Source of the DNA: an uncultured Chloroflexota bacterium
GTDB taxonomy: Bacteria; Chloroflexota; Dehalococcoidia; Lucifugimonadales; CAJWER01
Assembly: GCA_913030785.1 (NCBI GenBank)
Contig: CAJWER010000002.1
Coordinates: 1-36,980, forward strand
Direction: 5' to 3'
Length of the DNA stretch: 36,980 bases
Shown here: positions 8,701 through 17,251 of the stretch, in pieces
How positions within the stretch are numbered: position 1 is the first letter of the stretch
Layout: each line of letters starts with the position of its first letter
Notes under the pieces: generated by a model
What the model saw: the letters and a program-made list of their open reading frames with translations, nothing else
What the model was told of the DNA's origin: nothing
Database searches by the model: none
Made by a program: the position numbers and the translations under genes

Positions 8701-9510
8701 ATGAGAATCCCCATCACCATGTGTCACGGAATCCGGCCGGCGGGCGAGAAGCCGCTGACTGTTGAGCACCTGGACAGGCTTGTCGGTATCGCGGCGGAGT
8801 TGGGCTTCGAGTCGATCGGGTACGACGCACTGGCCGCATGGCGCGATGGCGTCGGCATGTTGCCAGAACGGCCAATCATGTTCGATTTCGACCACCCGGT
8901 GCGGTCAATGGGCTACGAGGTTCGTGAGGTGCTGGCAAAGTACGGCTACTCTGGCAACCTGTTCATCTACACCGGGCCTCTGGACCCGACGTGGAAAGGT
9001 CCGCAACCTGGAACGTCTGACACCGACGATCTCCTCACCTGGGATGAGCTGGGAACGCTCAGGGAGTCAGGGTGGAGCATCGGCGCTCACACCTCATCCC
9101 ACCCCGACCTATCGGCGCTGAGCATCAAGGACCCGTCAGGGGAAATGTTGAGGGAGGAGCTGGACCGATGCAACGACGCCATCCAGCGGCATCTTGGCTT
9201 CCTGCCGAAAGACTTCGCCTTTACGTCAACTACGTGGAGCAGTGCGGCTGAGGCCGAGGTCATGAAACGCTACCGGTTCGGACGCCTGTGGATCATCGGC
9301 TCGGAGGACAAGGCCGACGGCAAGCCGATCAGATACGCCGACCTTGTGGGCATTCCAGGGCCAGACGAGGCTGATGGCGGCCCGCCATCAGCGGCCAGGT
9401 ACATCACCATCGAATCGCACCCGTACCGCCTGCCATCGATGGAGCTACAGCAACTGGTCCACGAACCGGCTGCGTTCCGCAGGTACCTAGAAGGTGCGTT
9501 GGTCGAATAG
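8701..9510 (+). CDS. polysaccharide deacetylase (NodB/CE4-like) family protein
   Basis: RPIMFDFDHPVRSMGYEVREVLAKYGYSGNLFIYTG matches the F-D-D-type first motif region with D->H at the last position. GAHTSSHPDLS matches the H-S/T-x-x-H motif. This is a family-level call only. Confidence 0.6.
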   Translation: MRIPITMCHGIRPAGEKPLTVEHLDRLVGIAAELGFESIGYDALAAWRDGVGMLPERPIMFDFDHPVRSMGYEVREVLAKYGYSGNLFIYTGPLDPTWKGPQPGTSDTDDLLTWDELGTLRESGWSIGAHTSSHPDLSALSIKDPSGEMLREELDRCNDAIQRHLGFLPKDFAFTSTTWSSAAEAEVMKRYRFGRLWIIGSEDKADGKPIRYADLVGIPGPDEADGGPPSAARYITIESHPYRLPSMELQQLVHEPAAFRRYLEGALVE

Positions 9511-9538
9511 CGGAGGACTAGTGAGACCCTACATTGCA

Positions 9539-9568
9539 TTGACGCCCGTCACTCCACGGCGGTATCAT
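9539..9568 (+). promoter_or_regulatory. candidate tatA promoter (TTGACG-18-TATCAT)
   Basis: TTGACG at 9539-9544 and TATCAT at 9563-9568. GGAGGG lies about 8 nt before the ATG at 9605. Confidence 0.35.
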
Positions 9569-9604
9569 TAAGTGAGTAAGTGCTAGGGACATGGAGGGCG
9601 GAAA

Positions 9605-9808
9605 ATGCCGTTCCGAGTCGGACCTACCGAGCTAATAATTATCCTCGTTGTGGTTATGATCATCTTCGGCGTCGGCCGCTTGCCTGAAATAGGCGGCGCG
9701 ATGGGCAAGGCGATACGCGAGTTCCGGTCCACCGTGTCCGGCAAGGGCGATGAGCCGGAGGACCAAGAGGCCATCGAGCCTGGCACGGAGAGCGGCAAGA
9801 AGAGCTAG
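9605..9808 (+). CDS. tatA: twin-arginine translocase subunit TatA/E
   Basis: A 67-aa protein with an N-terminal TM helix plus hinge, ELIIILVVVMIIFGVGRLPEIGGAMGKAIREFR, then an acidic tail. Confidence 0.85.
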   Translation: MPFRVGPTELIIILVVVMIIFGVGRLPEIGGAMGKAIREFRSTVSGKGDEPEDQEAIEPGTESGKKS

Positions 9809-9843
9809 CCCGTCCACCGCAATAGTACTGATTGAGCTTTCAA

Positions 9844-9871
9844 GGCCCCGGCATCCACCGGGGCCTTTTTG
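9844..9871 (+). terminator. rho-independent terminator after tatA
   Basis: GGCCCCGG-catcca-CCGGGGCC followed by TTTTTG. Confidence 0.7.
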
Positions 9872-10006
9872 TATGGTGAAGCCAGGGAATCTGGCGCAGT
9901 CGGCCCAAGTCCTCCGACCATAGGGAACTCAGGAGCGCGACAGACCAGCCATGTCACGCTGAGGGGATGCGAAGGGTCTGGGGAAGCGGGGTCCCAGTTT
10001 CGGCGG

Positions 10007-10037
10007 CATCTGGGGTGCGTGGCCCTCACCCCAGATG
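10007..10037. other. perfect 11-bp stem hairpin in an otherwise unassigned convergent intergenic region
   Basis: CATCTGGGGTG-cgtggccct-CACCCCAGATG, with no adjacent U-tract on either strand. Confidence 0.5.
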
Positions 10038-10121
10038 CTCGTCGGGAACTCCTCAGCATGACATTGGGGTCGGAGCCCATTTCCAACCCCGAGACCCAAC
10101 ACCTAACACCCAATGCCCGCC

Positions 10122-10889
10122 CTACTGCTTGGTGTCCAACTCTAGGCCCTTTTCGATGGCGCGTCGGCGCTGACGACCACCGAGCTTGGCCAACCACACG
10201 CCCGCCTCGTAGAGGACGATTATGGGCAGCGCCACGAAGGTCTGGTTGATGGGATCGAACGTGGGCGTAATGATGGCGCCCAGGACGAACGCCACGACGA
10301 CTGCGTACCGCCGCTGGCTCTTCAGAAACTCGTGGCTGACGACGCCAATACGCGACAAGAAAAAGAGCACCACCGGCGTCTCGAACACAACCCCCATCCA
10401 GAACAGCAGTGAGATCATCAGGTTGGCGTAGTTGCCGATCCGGATGTAGGGCGTGGCAATCTCATTCCCAAAGCTGAGCAGGAAGCTAACTGCGGGCGGG
10501 AAGAGAATTCGGTACCCGAACGCCGCGCCCAGTGCGAAGGAGAGCATGCTCACAGGCAGCAGCGTGTACAGGTAGCGCCTCTCGCCGGGGCTGAGGCCCG
10601 GGGCTACGAACATCACTAGCTGAAACAGGATGAACGGCATCGAGATGGCCAGCCCTGACAGCAGTGACACCTTCATCGCTATTCCGAGGAATTCGGTCAG
10701 CTCGGTGTATATGGGCTGGCCCTCGGGTATACCGGCAAACCCCTGAGCTGGAACCATGAGAAACTTGAGAATCTGCTGATGGAACACAAAGGACACGCCC
10801 GTGGCAACGGCCACAAAGATGGCCGACGTGGTCATCCTACGGCGAAGCTCTAGCAGGTGCTGGCTAATCGAAAGCGCCCTGTCGCTCAT
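10122..10889 (-). CDS. tatC: twin-arginine translocase subunit TatC
   Basis: Six-TM protein with the N-terminal HLLELRRR motif and a typical TatC hydrophobic pattern. Its start overlaps the tatB stop by 4 nt. Confidence 0.9.
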   Translation of the reverse strand: MSDRALSISQHLLELRRRMTTSAIFVAVATGVSFVFHQQILKFLMVPAQGFAGIPEGQPIYTELTEFLGIAMKVSLLSGLAISMPFILFQLVMFVAPGLSPGERRYLYTLLPVSMLSFALGAAFGYRILFPPAVSFLLSFGNEIATPYIRIGNYANLMISLLFWMGVVFETPVVLFFLSRIGVVSHEFLKSQRRYAVVVAFVLGAIITPTFDPINQTFVALPIIVLYEAGVWLAKLGGRQRRRAIEKGLELDTKQ

Positions 10890-11359
10890 TTCGTGTTTCG
10901 CTCTGTTGAGGCGGCGGGCTCGGGTCCGTCACTGTCAGACTGCTCGTTTGGGGCTACCGGTCGCTCCGACTCCGGGCCGCTCCTGAACGCAACGGGGCCG
11001 TCGGTGGGTTCATGTTGTTCCGGCTGCGCCTCCGGGCCAAGCCTGTCACCACCGCTCCCCTCGTCAGGTCCTGCCGGTAACTTCGGCTCCGCGCCACTCC
11101 TGAATGCAATGGGCCCGTCGACAGATGTCTTGGTCGCATCTGGATCTGCCTGTGTCGAAGAGGGGCCTGCCACGGTTCGACGCCACTCTGGTACCTGCGA
11201 CTTGTCTTCTTCATCGAGCATCATCTCGGGCAGGCCCTCGGTCATGCGCCGGATCTCCCTGGTGGCCTTGCCGAGCATCCGGGCGGCCTCGGTCATGCGT
11301 TTGGGGCCTAGGACGATGAACGCCACTAGCAGCACCACGACGATCTCAATGGAGCCCAT
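10886..11359 (-). CDS. tatB: TatA/B-family protein, TatB-like with long acidic/Pro-rich tail
   Basis: MGSIEIVVVLLVAFIVLGPKRMTEAARMLGKATREIRR gives a TM helix, Gly-Pro hinge and amphipathic helix. Start chosen at ATG 11359; the ORF opens at 11419 but that extension would overlap maf. Confidence 0.7.
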   Translation of the reverse strand: MGSIEIVVVLLVAFIVLGPKRMTEAARMLGKATREIRRMTEGLPEMMLDEEDKSQVPEWRRTVAGPSSTQADPDATKTSVDGPIAFRSGAEPKLPAGPDEGSGGDRLGPEAQPEQHEPTDGPVAFRSGPESERPVAPNEQSDSDGPEPAASTERNTK

Positions 11360-11370
11360 TCCCAGAAAGT

Positions 11371-12021
11371 TCACGGGGTGTGCGCCTCCAATCGTTGTGA
11401 CAGGACGCAGTCGACACACTCAGGTGGAGGTCGCCAGCCACTCCTAAGCTGCGAGGGAGCGGAAAAACGATCCAGCAGCGTCATGACCTCGCACAGAGGA
11501 AGGCCGACGACGTTGAGATAGCAGCCATCCACCGACTCCGCCAGGCCAGCGCTCTTGTCCTGAACTGCGTAGGCTCCAGCCTTGTCCATGGGGTTCTCAA
11601 GAGCGATGTAATCAAGCAGTTCTGCATCTGAGAGCGGGCGAATAGTGACGCGGCTCTGGCAGGCAATCGCGGCTGATTGGCCGGTGTCAGCTTCCAGGGC
11701 CGCCACGCCCGTAAAAACGCTGTGGGCGCGGCCCCTGAGCAGCCGAAGCATGCGGGTCGCGTCGTCCATATCCACTGGCTTGCCCAGAATCTCGCCATCG
11801 ATGGCAACCACCGTGTCCGCGCCCAGGACGGTGGCGGTCCCGACACCATCCGTGACACTTCGCGCCTTGTCCAGCGATAGTCTCAGCACGTACTCCTCCG
11901 GCAACTCACCGGGCCGAGGTGGGGACTCGTCGCCGACGGGTGCAACACACTCCGGCGTCGGGTCCAGAGCCTCAATGATCTCGCGTCTTCGAGGCGAGGT
12001 CGATGCAAGAACCAGACGCAT
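11371..12021 (-). CDS. maf: Maf-like nucleoside-triphosphate pyrophosphatase
   Basis: MRLVLASTSPRRREI..., GADTVVAIDGEILGKP..., GRAHSVFTGVA..., DKAGAYAVQD, which are the canonical Maf motifs. Confidence 0.85.
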   Translation of the reverse strand: MRLVLASTSPRRREIIEALDPTPECVAPVGDESPPRPGELPEEYVLRLSLDKARSVTDGVGTATVLGADTVVAIDGEILGKPVDMDDATRMLRLLRGRAHSVFTGVAALEADTGQSAAIACQSRVTIRPLSDAELLDYIALENPMDKAGAYAVQDKSAGLAESVDGCYLNVVGLPLCEVMTLLDRFSAPSQLRSGWRPPPECVDCVLSQRLEAHTP

Positions 12022-12083
12022 TTATCCAACATCCTCCAGGTTCATTTTAGCCTAAATAGCCTTCCCTAGCCACGATGCAGCCT

Positions 12084-13301
12084 CTATTCGCCACACGATA
12101 GGGTCGCTATGCACTCGATGTGGTGCGTTTGCGGGAACATGTCTATGGGCTCCACACGGTCCACGGTGAACCCGCCATTGACCAGTACCTGCAGATCTCT
12201 CGCGAGTGATTCCGGGTCACACGAGACATAGCAGACGCGGCGAGGGGCCCAGCGAACGACCGCATCCAGAACGGGAGGCAGGCACCCGGCGCGAGGCGGA
12301 TCGAGGACAACGACGTCTGCGGAGCCCCCAAGTTCGCCCAGGATGTCCTCCGCCTTGCCTTCACGAAACTCCAGGTTGTCTATGCCGAGTGTATTGATGG
12401 CAGAGTCCTTGACCGCCGCGGCGGACTCCTCGACTGCTATGACATTGCGGACACTGGCGGCCAGTAGAACGGCAAATGTGCCGACGCCTGCGTAGGCATC
12501 GACCAGCGTCTCGTCCCCGCGCAACTCAAGCCGCTCACGGACCATTGTTACTAGTCGCTCGGCCTGTCGGGTGTTGACCTGGAAAAACGAAGGCGACGCC
12601 ACACGGAAGATCCGGTCCAACAGCCGCTCGCGGTAGTGAGTCTGGCCCGATTCGATGGGAACCTCATTGGGACCGAACGTCGGCTGGAGTAGCCATTCGT
12701 CCGTATTTATGCCATATCGTATGGATAGCTGGCTCGTGGCCGACGAGCGACCCTGTAACTTGTCGAGGATTTCATTAATCCCCGGGGTCATGAGCATGCA
12801 TTCGTCGACCCTGGCGAACTGGCGGGTAATCCGGCTGACGAATCCGAGGGTGCCGCCACGAACGGTAAATCGAGCGTGATTTCTGTAGTTGAGTTCCTGG
12901 TCGCTCGGCACCGTCGGCTCTACCGACAGGCCAGCCAGTTCCGGGTAGACGCGGAGCGCCGCCGCAACTGTATCGCGCTTGATGGAGAGCTGATGGTCGT
13001 AGCTGATGTGCTGCCACTGGCAACCAGTGCAAGTCCCGAAATATGGGCACGGAGCGGCGACACGATGAGGCGACGCTTCCAGAACCTCTACCACCATGCC
13101 CGCAGTGTGTCGCCTCTTGCGCCGTCCATACCGCACTATTCGGCACACGACCCGTTCGCCTGGGATGCCACCGAAAACGCTGATAGACTCGCCGTCCAGC
13201 TCCGCCACGGTGTCGCCCATCGGGTCGAATTCGCCGAGGGTTAGCGTCGCCAGCTCCGGCTTGCTGTCGGCGCTATCGTCTGCTTTTTGAATTTGGGTCA
13301 T
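12084..13301 (-). CDS. TRAM-domain 23S rRNA (uracil-C5)-methyltransferase, RlmD/RumA family
   Basis: N-terminal TRAM-like beta domain, Fe-S cysteine cluster CPYFGTCTGCQWQH, SAM fold (VDAYAGVGTFAV), DPPRAGC, and a catalytic Cys region VCYVSCDP. The start is ambiguous between 13301 and 13358. Confidence 0.8.
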   Translation of the reverse strand: MTQIQKADDSADSKPELATLTLGEFDPMGDTVAELDGESISVFGGIPGERVVCRIVRYGRRKRRHTAGMVVEVLEASPHRVAAPCPYFGTCTGCQWQHISYDHQLSIKRDTVAAALRVYPELAGLSVEPTVPSDQELNYRNHARFTVRGGTLGFVSRITRQFARVDECMLMTPGINEILDKLQGRSSATSQLSIRYGINTDEWLLQPTFGPNEVPIESGQTHYRERLLDRIFRVASPSFFQVNTRQAERLVTMVRERLELRGDETLVDAYAGVGTFAVLLAASVRNVIAVEESAAAVKDSAINTLGIDNLEFREGKAEDILGELGGSADVVVLDPPRAGCLPPVLDAVVRWAPRRVCYVSCDPESLARDLQVLVNGGFTVDRVEPIDMFPQTHHIECIATLSCGE

Positions 13302-13455
13302 TTGGGTTAGTCCGAAATGGGACGAAAAAGCGAAGGGTCGCGGCCCCTCTACTCTCACTATAATTTTAGCATATGAGACGCCGCTGATAGCTGTCTGGTA
13401 TCATTTCAGCAGTACAAACGCGCCCCTCTCCCACTCGGGGCGACAGCGAGGCCAA

Positions 13456-14337
13456 ATGACAGTCAAGAGGCGTCTGCCCCCATGGCTCAAGGTGAAGGCG
13501 CCGGGAGGCCCAAACTACATAGAGCTGCGCTCCATGATGCGCGAAGGCGGCCTGAATACAGTCTGCGAGGAGGCTCGCTGCCCAAACATCGGAGAGTGCT
13601 GGGAGCGCGGGACAGCTACGTTCATGATCCTGGGAGACATCTGCACGCGGGCCTGCGCCTACTGTGCAGTTGCCACAGGAAAGCCGACAGGGCTCGACCT
13701 GGGAGAACCGGTGAGGGTGGCCGAGGCCGCAGAGCGCATGGGCTTGCGGTACGCCGTCGTAACCTCGGTTGACCGCGACGACCTGCCAGACGGCGGCGCG
13801 TTCATCTTTGCCCAGACCATCAGCCAGATTCGCAAACGCTTGCCCTCGTGCAAGATCGAAGTCCTCATACCCGACTTCAATGGTGATGAGCAGGCTCTGG
13901 CAACCGTGATGGCGGCCAAGCCAAGTACCTTAAACCACAACATCGAGACCGTGCGCCGCGTCTTCCGACGTGTGCGCCCCAAGGGTGACTTCGACCAGTC
14001 CCTTGAGCTATTAGCTCGCGCAAGAAGTATCGACCCGAGCTCTGTGACAAAGTCGGGGATGATGGTGGGGCTGGGAGAGACCTGGGACGAGATACTGGAC
14101 ACGATGCGGGACCTACGCTCGGTGGATTGCGACCTGCTAACGATAGGCCAATACCTGCGACCGACGCCTAAACACGTCGCACTGTCCAAGTGGTATTCGC
14201 CAGACGAGTTCGACGAGCTTGCCAGAGAGGGCGAGGCCATGGGCTTCAAGCACGTCGCCTCCGGCCCGCTGGTGCGTAGTTCGTATCACGCGGACGAGCA
14301 GCATGAGGCAGCCACAGCAGGTGCTGTAGCGGTCTGA
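13456..14337 (+). CDS. lipA: lipoyl synthase
   Basis: Both cysteine clusters are present (CEEARCPNIGECW and radical-SAM CTRACAYCAV), followed by a typical LipA C-terminus. Confidence 0.95.
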   Translation: MTVKRRLPPWLKVKAPGGPNYIELRSMMREGGLNTVCEEARCPNIGECWERGTATFMILGDICTRACAYCAVATGKPTGLDLGEPVRVAEAAERMGLRYAVVTSVDRDDLPDGGAFIFAQTISQIRKRLPSCKIEVLIPDFNGDEQALATVMAAKPSTLNHNIETVRRVFRRVRPKGDFDQSLELLARARSIDPSSVTKSGMMVGLGETWDEILDTMRDLRSVDCDLLTIGQYLRPTPKHVALSKWYSPDEFDELAREGEAMGFKHVASGPLVRSSYHADEQHEAATAGAVAV

Positions 14338-14365
14338 GGACGCTCGCCGCGACGGAGGATCATAG

Positions 14366-15160
14366 ATGCTGCTTCCAACGCTGACTCAGGAACCCTCGGA
14401 GTTGAGGGCAATGATGCGCTCGGGAGAGCTTTCTGGGCTCACCAGCGGAATGGCGCCAGGCTACGTCCAGGCCAATTTGGTGATTCTGCCGAGGGAACAG
14501 GCCTTCGATTTCCTGCTCTTTTGCCAGCGCAATCCAAAGCCTTGCCCGCTGCTTGAGGTAGTGGAGGCTGGTTCGGTGGAGCCCAGCCAGATGGCGCCCG
14601 GAGTCGACTTGCGAACCGACCTACCACGATACCGCGTATTCGAGAACGGAAAACTTGTGGAGGAACCCACCAGCATCTCCCATGTCTGGCGCGACGACCT
14701 GGTCTCTTTCCTCATCGGTTGCAGTTTCACATTCGAGTCGGCCCTGATAAACGGCGGCATCCGCATTCCCCACTTCGAGGAGGGCAAGAACACCGCGATG
14801 TTCGTCACCTCCATCGAGACCACGCCCGCAGGCATATTCTCGGGGCCAATGGTAGTGTCAATGAGGGCGATACCGCGCAACAAGCTGGTAAGGGCCGTGC
14901 AAATCACGTCGCGGTTCCCATCGGTGCACGGGTCTCCCGTGCACATCGGAGACCCGGCCGCCATCGGAGTGAAGGACATCACTACCCCCGACCTTGGCGA
15001 CCCCGCCGTTGTCGGGGAGGACGACGTGCCGGTGTTCTGGGGATGCGGCGTGACACCTCAGGTGGTGGCCATGAATTCGAAGCCGCCGCTGATGATCACC
15101 CACGCCCCCGGCCACATGTTCATCACCGATGTCCCAGACGAGGACATGGCTGTCCTCTAG
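14366..15160 (+). CDS. DUF1445 / UPF0317 putative hydro-lyase (D-glutamate-cyclase-type domain)
   Basis: GLTSGMAPGYVQANLVILPREQAFDFLLFCQRNPKPCPLLEV and PVHIGDPAAIGV...FWGCGVTPQ are hallmark stretches of the DUF1445 family as I remember it. Confidence 0.75.
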   Translation: MLLPTLTQEPSELRAMMRSGELSGLTSGMAPGYVQANLVILPREQAFDFLLFCQRNPKPCPLLEVVEAGSVEPSQMAPGVDLRTDLPRYRVFENGKLVEEPTSISHVWRDDLVSFLIGCSFTFESALINGGIRIPHFEEGKNTAMFVTSIETTPAGIFSGPMVVSMRAIPRNKLVRAVQITSRFPSVHGSPVHIGDPAAIGVKDITTPDLGDPAVVGEDDVPVFWGCGVTPQVVAMNSKPPLMITHAPGHMFITDVPDEDMAVL

Positions 15161-15298
15161 GTGCTGCGCACGCTTAGGGGGCGGGGAAGGTATGCCCACG
15201 GGCTAGTTCCATCCTTCGGAACTCCTGAGATTGTCTCAAAGACAGATATTGATGTCTCTGCATATCTATAGACTAGGTTCTGGAAATGGGGGCGCGCG

Positions 15299-16141
15299 GT
15301 GACCATTGAAGACATAGTTCTCGACCGAGACAAGCGGGGCATTGCGGCCCTGAGGCCCCACTTGCCCGCAGACTACTGCGACCAGGCCGCACGCGTTGTG
15401 CTCGACAATCCGGGCACGGCAATAATCGTGACCGGCTTCTACATCATCACCGCCGGGGCCACCGAGACCGACGGCCCCCCGGGAGCGGTGGTCATCGGCA
15501 ACGCGTTGCAGTCCATCGGCTACGAAGTCGTGTACGTCACCGACCGGTACTCCCTGAAGGTGATGGCGGGCACCGCGGGCCCGGATTCCAGCGTGGTGGA
15601 ATTTCCGATCGCCGGTGAGGAGGAGAGCCGCTCCTTCGCGAAGGAGCTTCTGTCTGAAATAGCGCCGTCGGTGATCATCGGCATCGAACGGTGCGGACTG
15701 ACGTCCGAAGGGCTGTACCGCAACATGCGCGGTGTGGACATCAGCGAGTACAACGCAAAGGCCGACTACCTGTTCGAGAGCGGCATCCCGTCGGTAGGAA
15801 TCGGCGACGGCGGCAACGAGATCGGCCTGGGAAACCTGGCGGATATCATCCCCACGGTACCATCTCTCGTCAGGATGCCATGCGTCACCACGACCAGCGC
15901 TCTGGTCATCGCAAGTGTCTCGAACTGGGGCGGCTACGGCCTGGTGGCAGCCATGTCAAAGATCAAGGGCAAGAACCTGCTGCCAAGCATCGAAGCCGAG
16001 CAAGCACTGGTCAAACGCAACGTGGAGTTGGGAGCGGTGGACGGGCCCAGCGGCGAGGCAGTGCCCATGGTGGACGGCTTCACACTAGAGGAAAACAGCC
16101 AAGCACTCCAAGAACTGCACGACCTCTTGTCCGCCGAATGA
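15299..16141 (+). CDS. DUF4392 domain protein (D-glutamate-cyclase-like C-terminal domain family)
   Basis: IIVTGFYIITAGATETDGPPGAVVIGNAL and IGIERCG...GDGGNEIGLGN match the conserved ETDGPPGA and GDGGNEIG signatures of DUF4392. GTG start at 15299. Confidence 0.7.
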   Translation: MTIEDIVLDRDKRGIAALRPHLPADYCDQAARVVLDNPGTAIIVTGFYIITAGATETDGPPGAVVIGNALQSIGYEVVYVTDRYSLKVMAGTAGPDSSVVEFPIAGEEESRSFAKELLSEIAPSVIIGIERCGLTSEGLYRNMRGVDISEYNAKADYLFESGIPSVGIGDGGNEIGLGNLADIIPTVPSLVRMPCVTTTSALVIASVSNWGGYGLVAAMSKIKGKNLLPSIEAEQALVKRNVELGAVDGPSGEAVPMVDGFTLEENSQALQELHDLLSAE

Positions 16142-16186
16142 GTGGGCAGTAGGCTAATTTAAGTCACTAGGCCCCAGTTCCCCAGC

Positions 16187-16993
16187 TTACGATGCGGCTT
16201 GCAGGGTTGCAGGCTCCCGGTCCATGCCTATCGAGTCCACCTCGTGGCCTGCTACGATATCCTTCATCTTGGCCAGCGCACGCCGTTCGAGACGAGAGAC
16301 GTGCATCTGGGATATGTTGATCCTACTGGCGATCTGGCGCTGTGATAGGCCCCTGTAGAACTTCAGCGAGATAATCGTCCTCTCCCGCAGCGGAAGCTTG
16401 TCCATGGCGCTCTGCAGCACCATTCGATCGAGGGACGCGCCGAACGCCGGCTCTTCAGAACCAAGGATCTCGACCAGTGCGCTCCCCTCTTCGCCGAAGT
16501 CGCCGTTGAAGCTCGCGTCCAATGATCGCGGATCGCCGGTCCTGGCGAACTCCAGAGCCTCGTTGACAGCATCCTCGGTGAGCCCACTTTCGGTCGCCAT
16601 CTCGGCAGTGGTCGGCCAGCGACCGAAGTGAGAGATCAGCCTCTCAGTGCAACGGTCCAGCGATATTCTGTTGTGTCGCAATGCCCGCGGCACCTTGACA
16701 AGTCCACCGTGGTCTCTGAGGTGGTTCAATATCGCGCCGTAGACCTCGGGGATGGCCAACGATGCGAACCTGACGCCGTGGCTCATGTCGAATTTCTCGA
16801 TGGCGCTGAGCAGGCCAATCGTGCCCATCTGCACCAGGTCCTCCATGGGCTCGCGCGAATTACGGAAGCGCCGCGCTATGCTGCGCACCAACGGAAGGTA
16901 GTTAGTGACGAGTTGCTCTCGAGCATCCGGGTCCCTAGTCTCGATATCGCGTTCGATCAGATCCATGGTCGGGTCGGTGACAGCGGTTGTCAT
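16187..16993 (-). CDS. RNA polymerase sigma factor, SigB/SigF/SigG (group 3) type
   Basis: Region 2 (LVTNYLPLVRSIARRF...EDLVQMGTIGLLSAIEKFD...FASLAIPEVYGAILNHLRD), region 3, and the region 4 HTH (LSQRQIASRINISQMHVSRLERRAL) are present. Confidence 0.85.
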   Translation of the reverse strand: MTTAVTDPTMDLIERDIETRDPDAREQLVTNYLPLVRSIARRFRNSREPMEDLVQMGTIGLLSAIEKFDMSHGVRFASLAIPEVYGAILNHLRDHGGLVKVPRALRHNRISLDRCTERLISHFGRWPTTAEMATESGLTEDAVNEALEFARTGDPRSLDASFNGDFGEEGSALVEILGSEEPAFGASLDRMVLQSAMDKLPLRERTIISLKFYRGLSQRQIASRINISQMHVSRLERRALAKMKDIVAGHEVDSIGMDREPATLQAAS

Positions 16994-17251
16994 GATCTAG
17001 CCCTCCGAAAACGGCCCGATGGCTAATCCGGACCCGGTGGAGTGGACGAGTGCACCTGCGTAGCACACCGCGTTAGCCACACCGTAATGCCCGTGCAGGT
17101 ACCCCGGACACCATGCCTGCACCCAGATGGACCTGTGGTAAACCGGCAAGATTCATTTGGGCGACCGGGCACAGGCTTCCCCCACTAGTCCGTGCTATCC
17201 TGCATTTCAGCGGACCAAACGTGCAGGCCCACCAGTCAGGGAGGTACTTCG

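Noticed and set aside
8701-9510. Functional link between the polysaccharide deacetylase-like gene and the PIG-L/Eis cluster.
   Set aside because: They are 15 kb apart and separated by many unrelated housekeeping genes. There is no sequence evidence of co-regulation.
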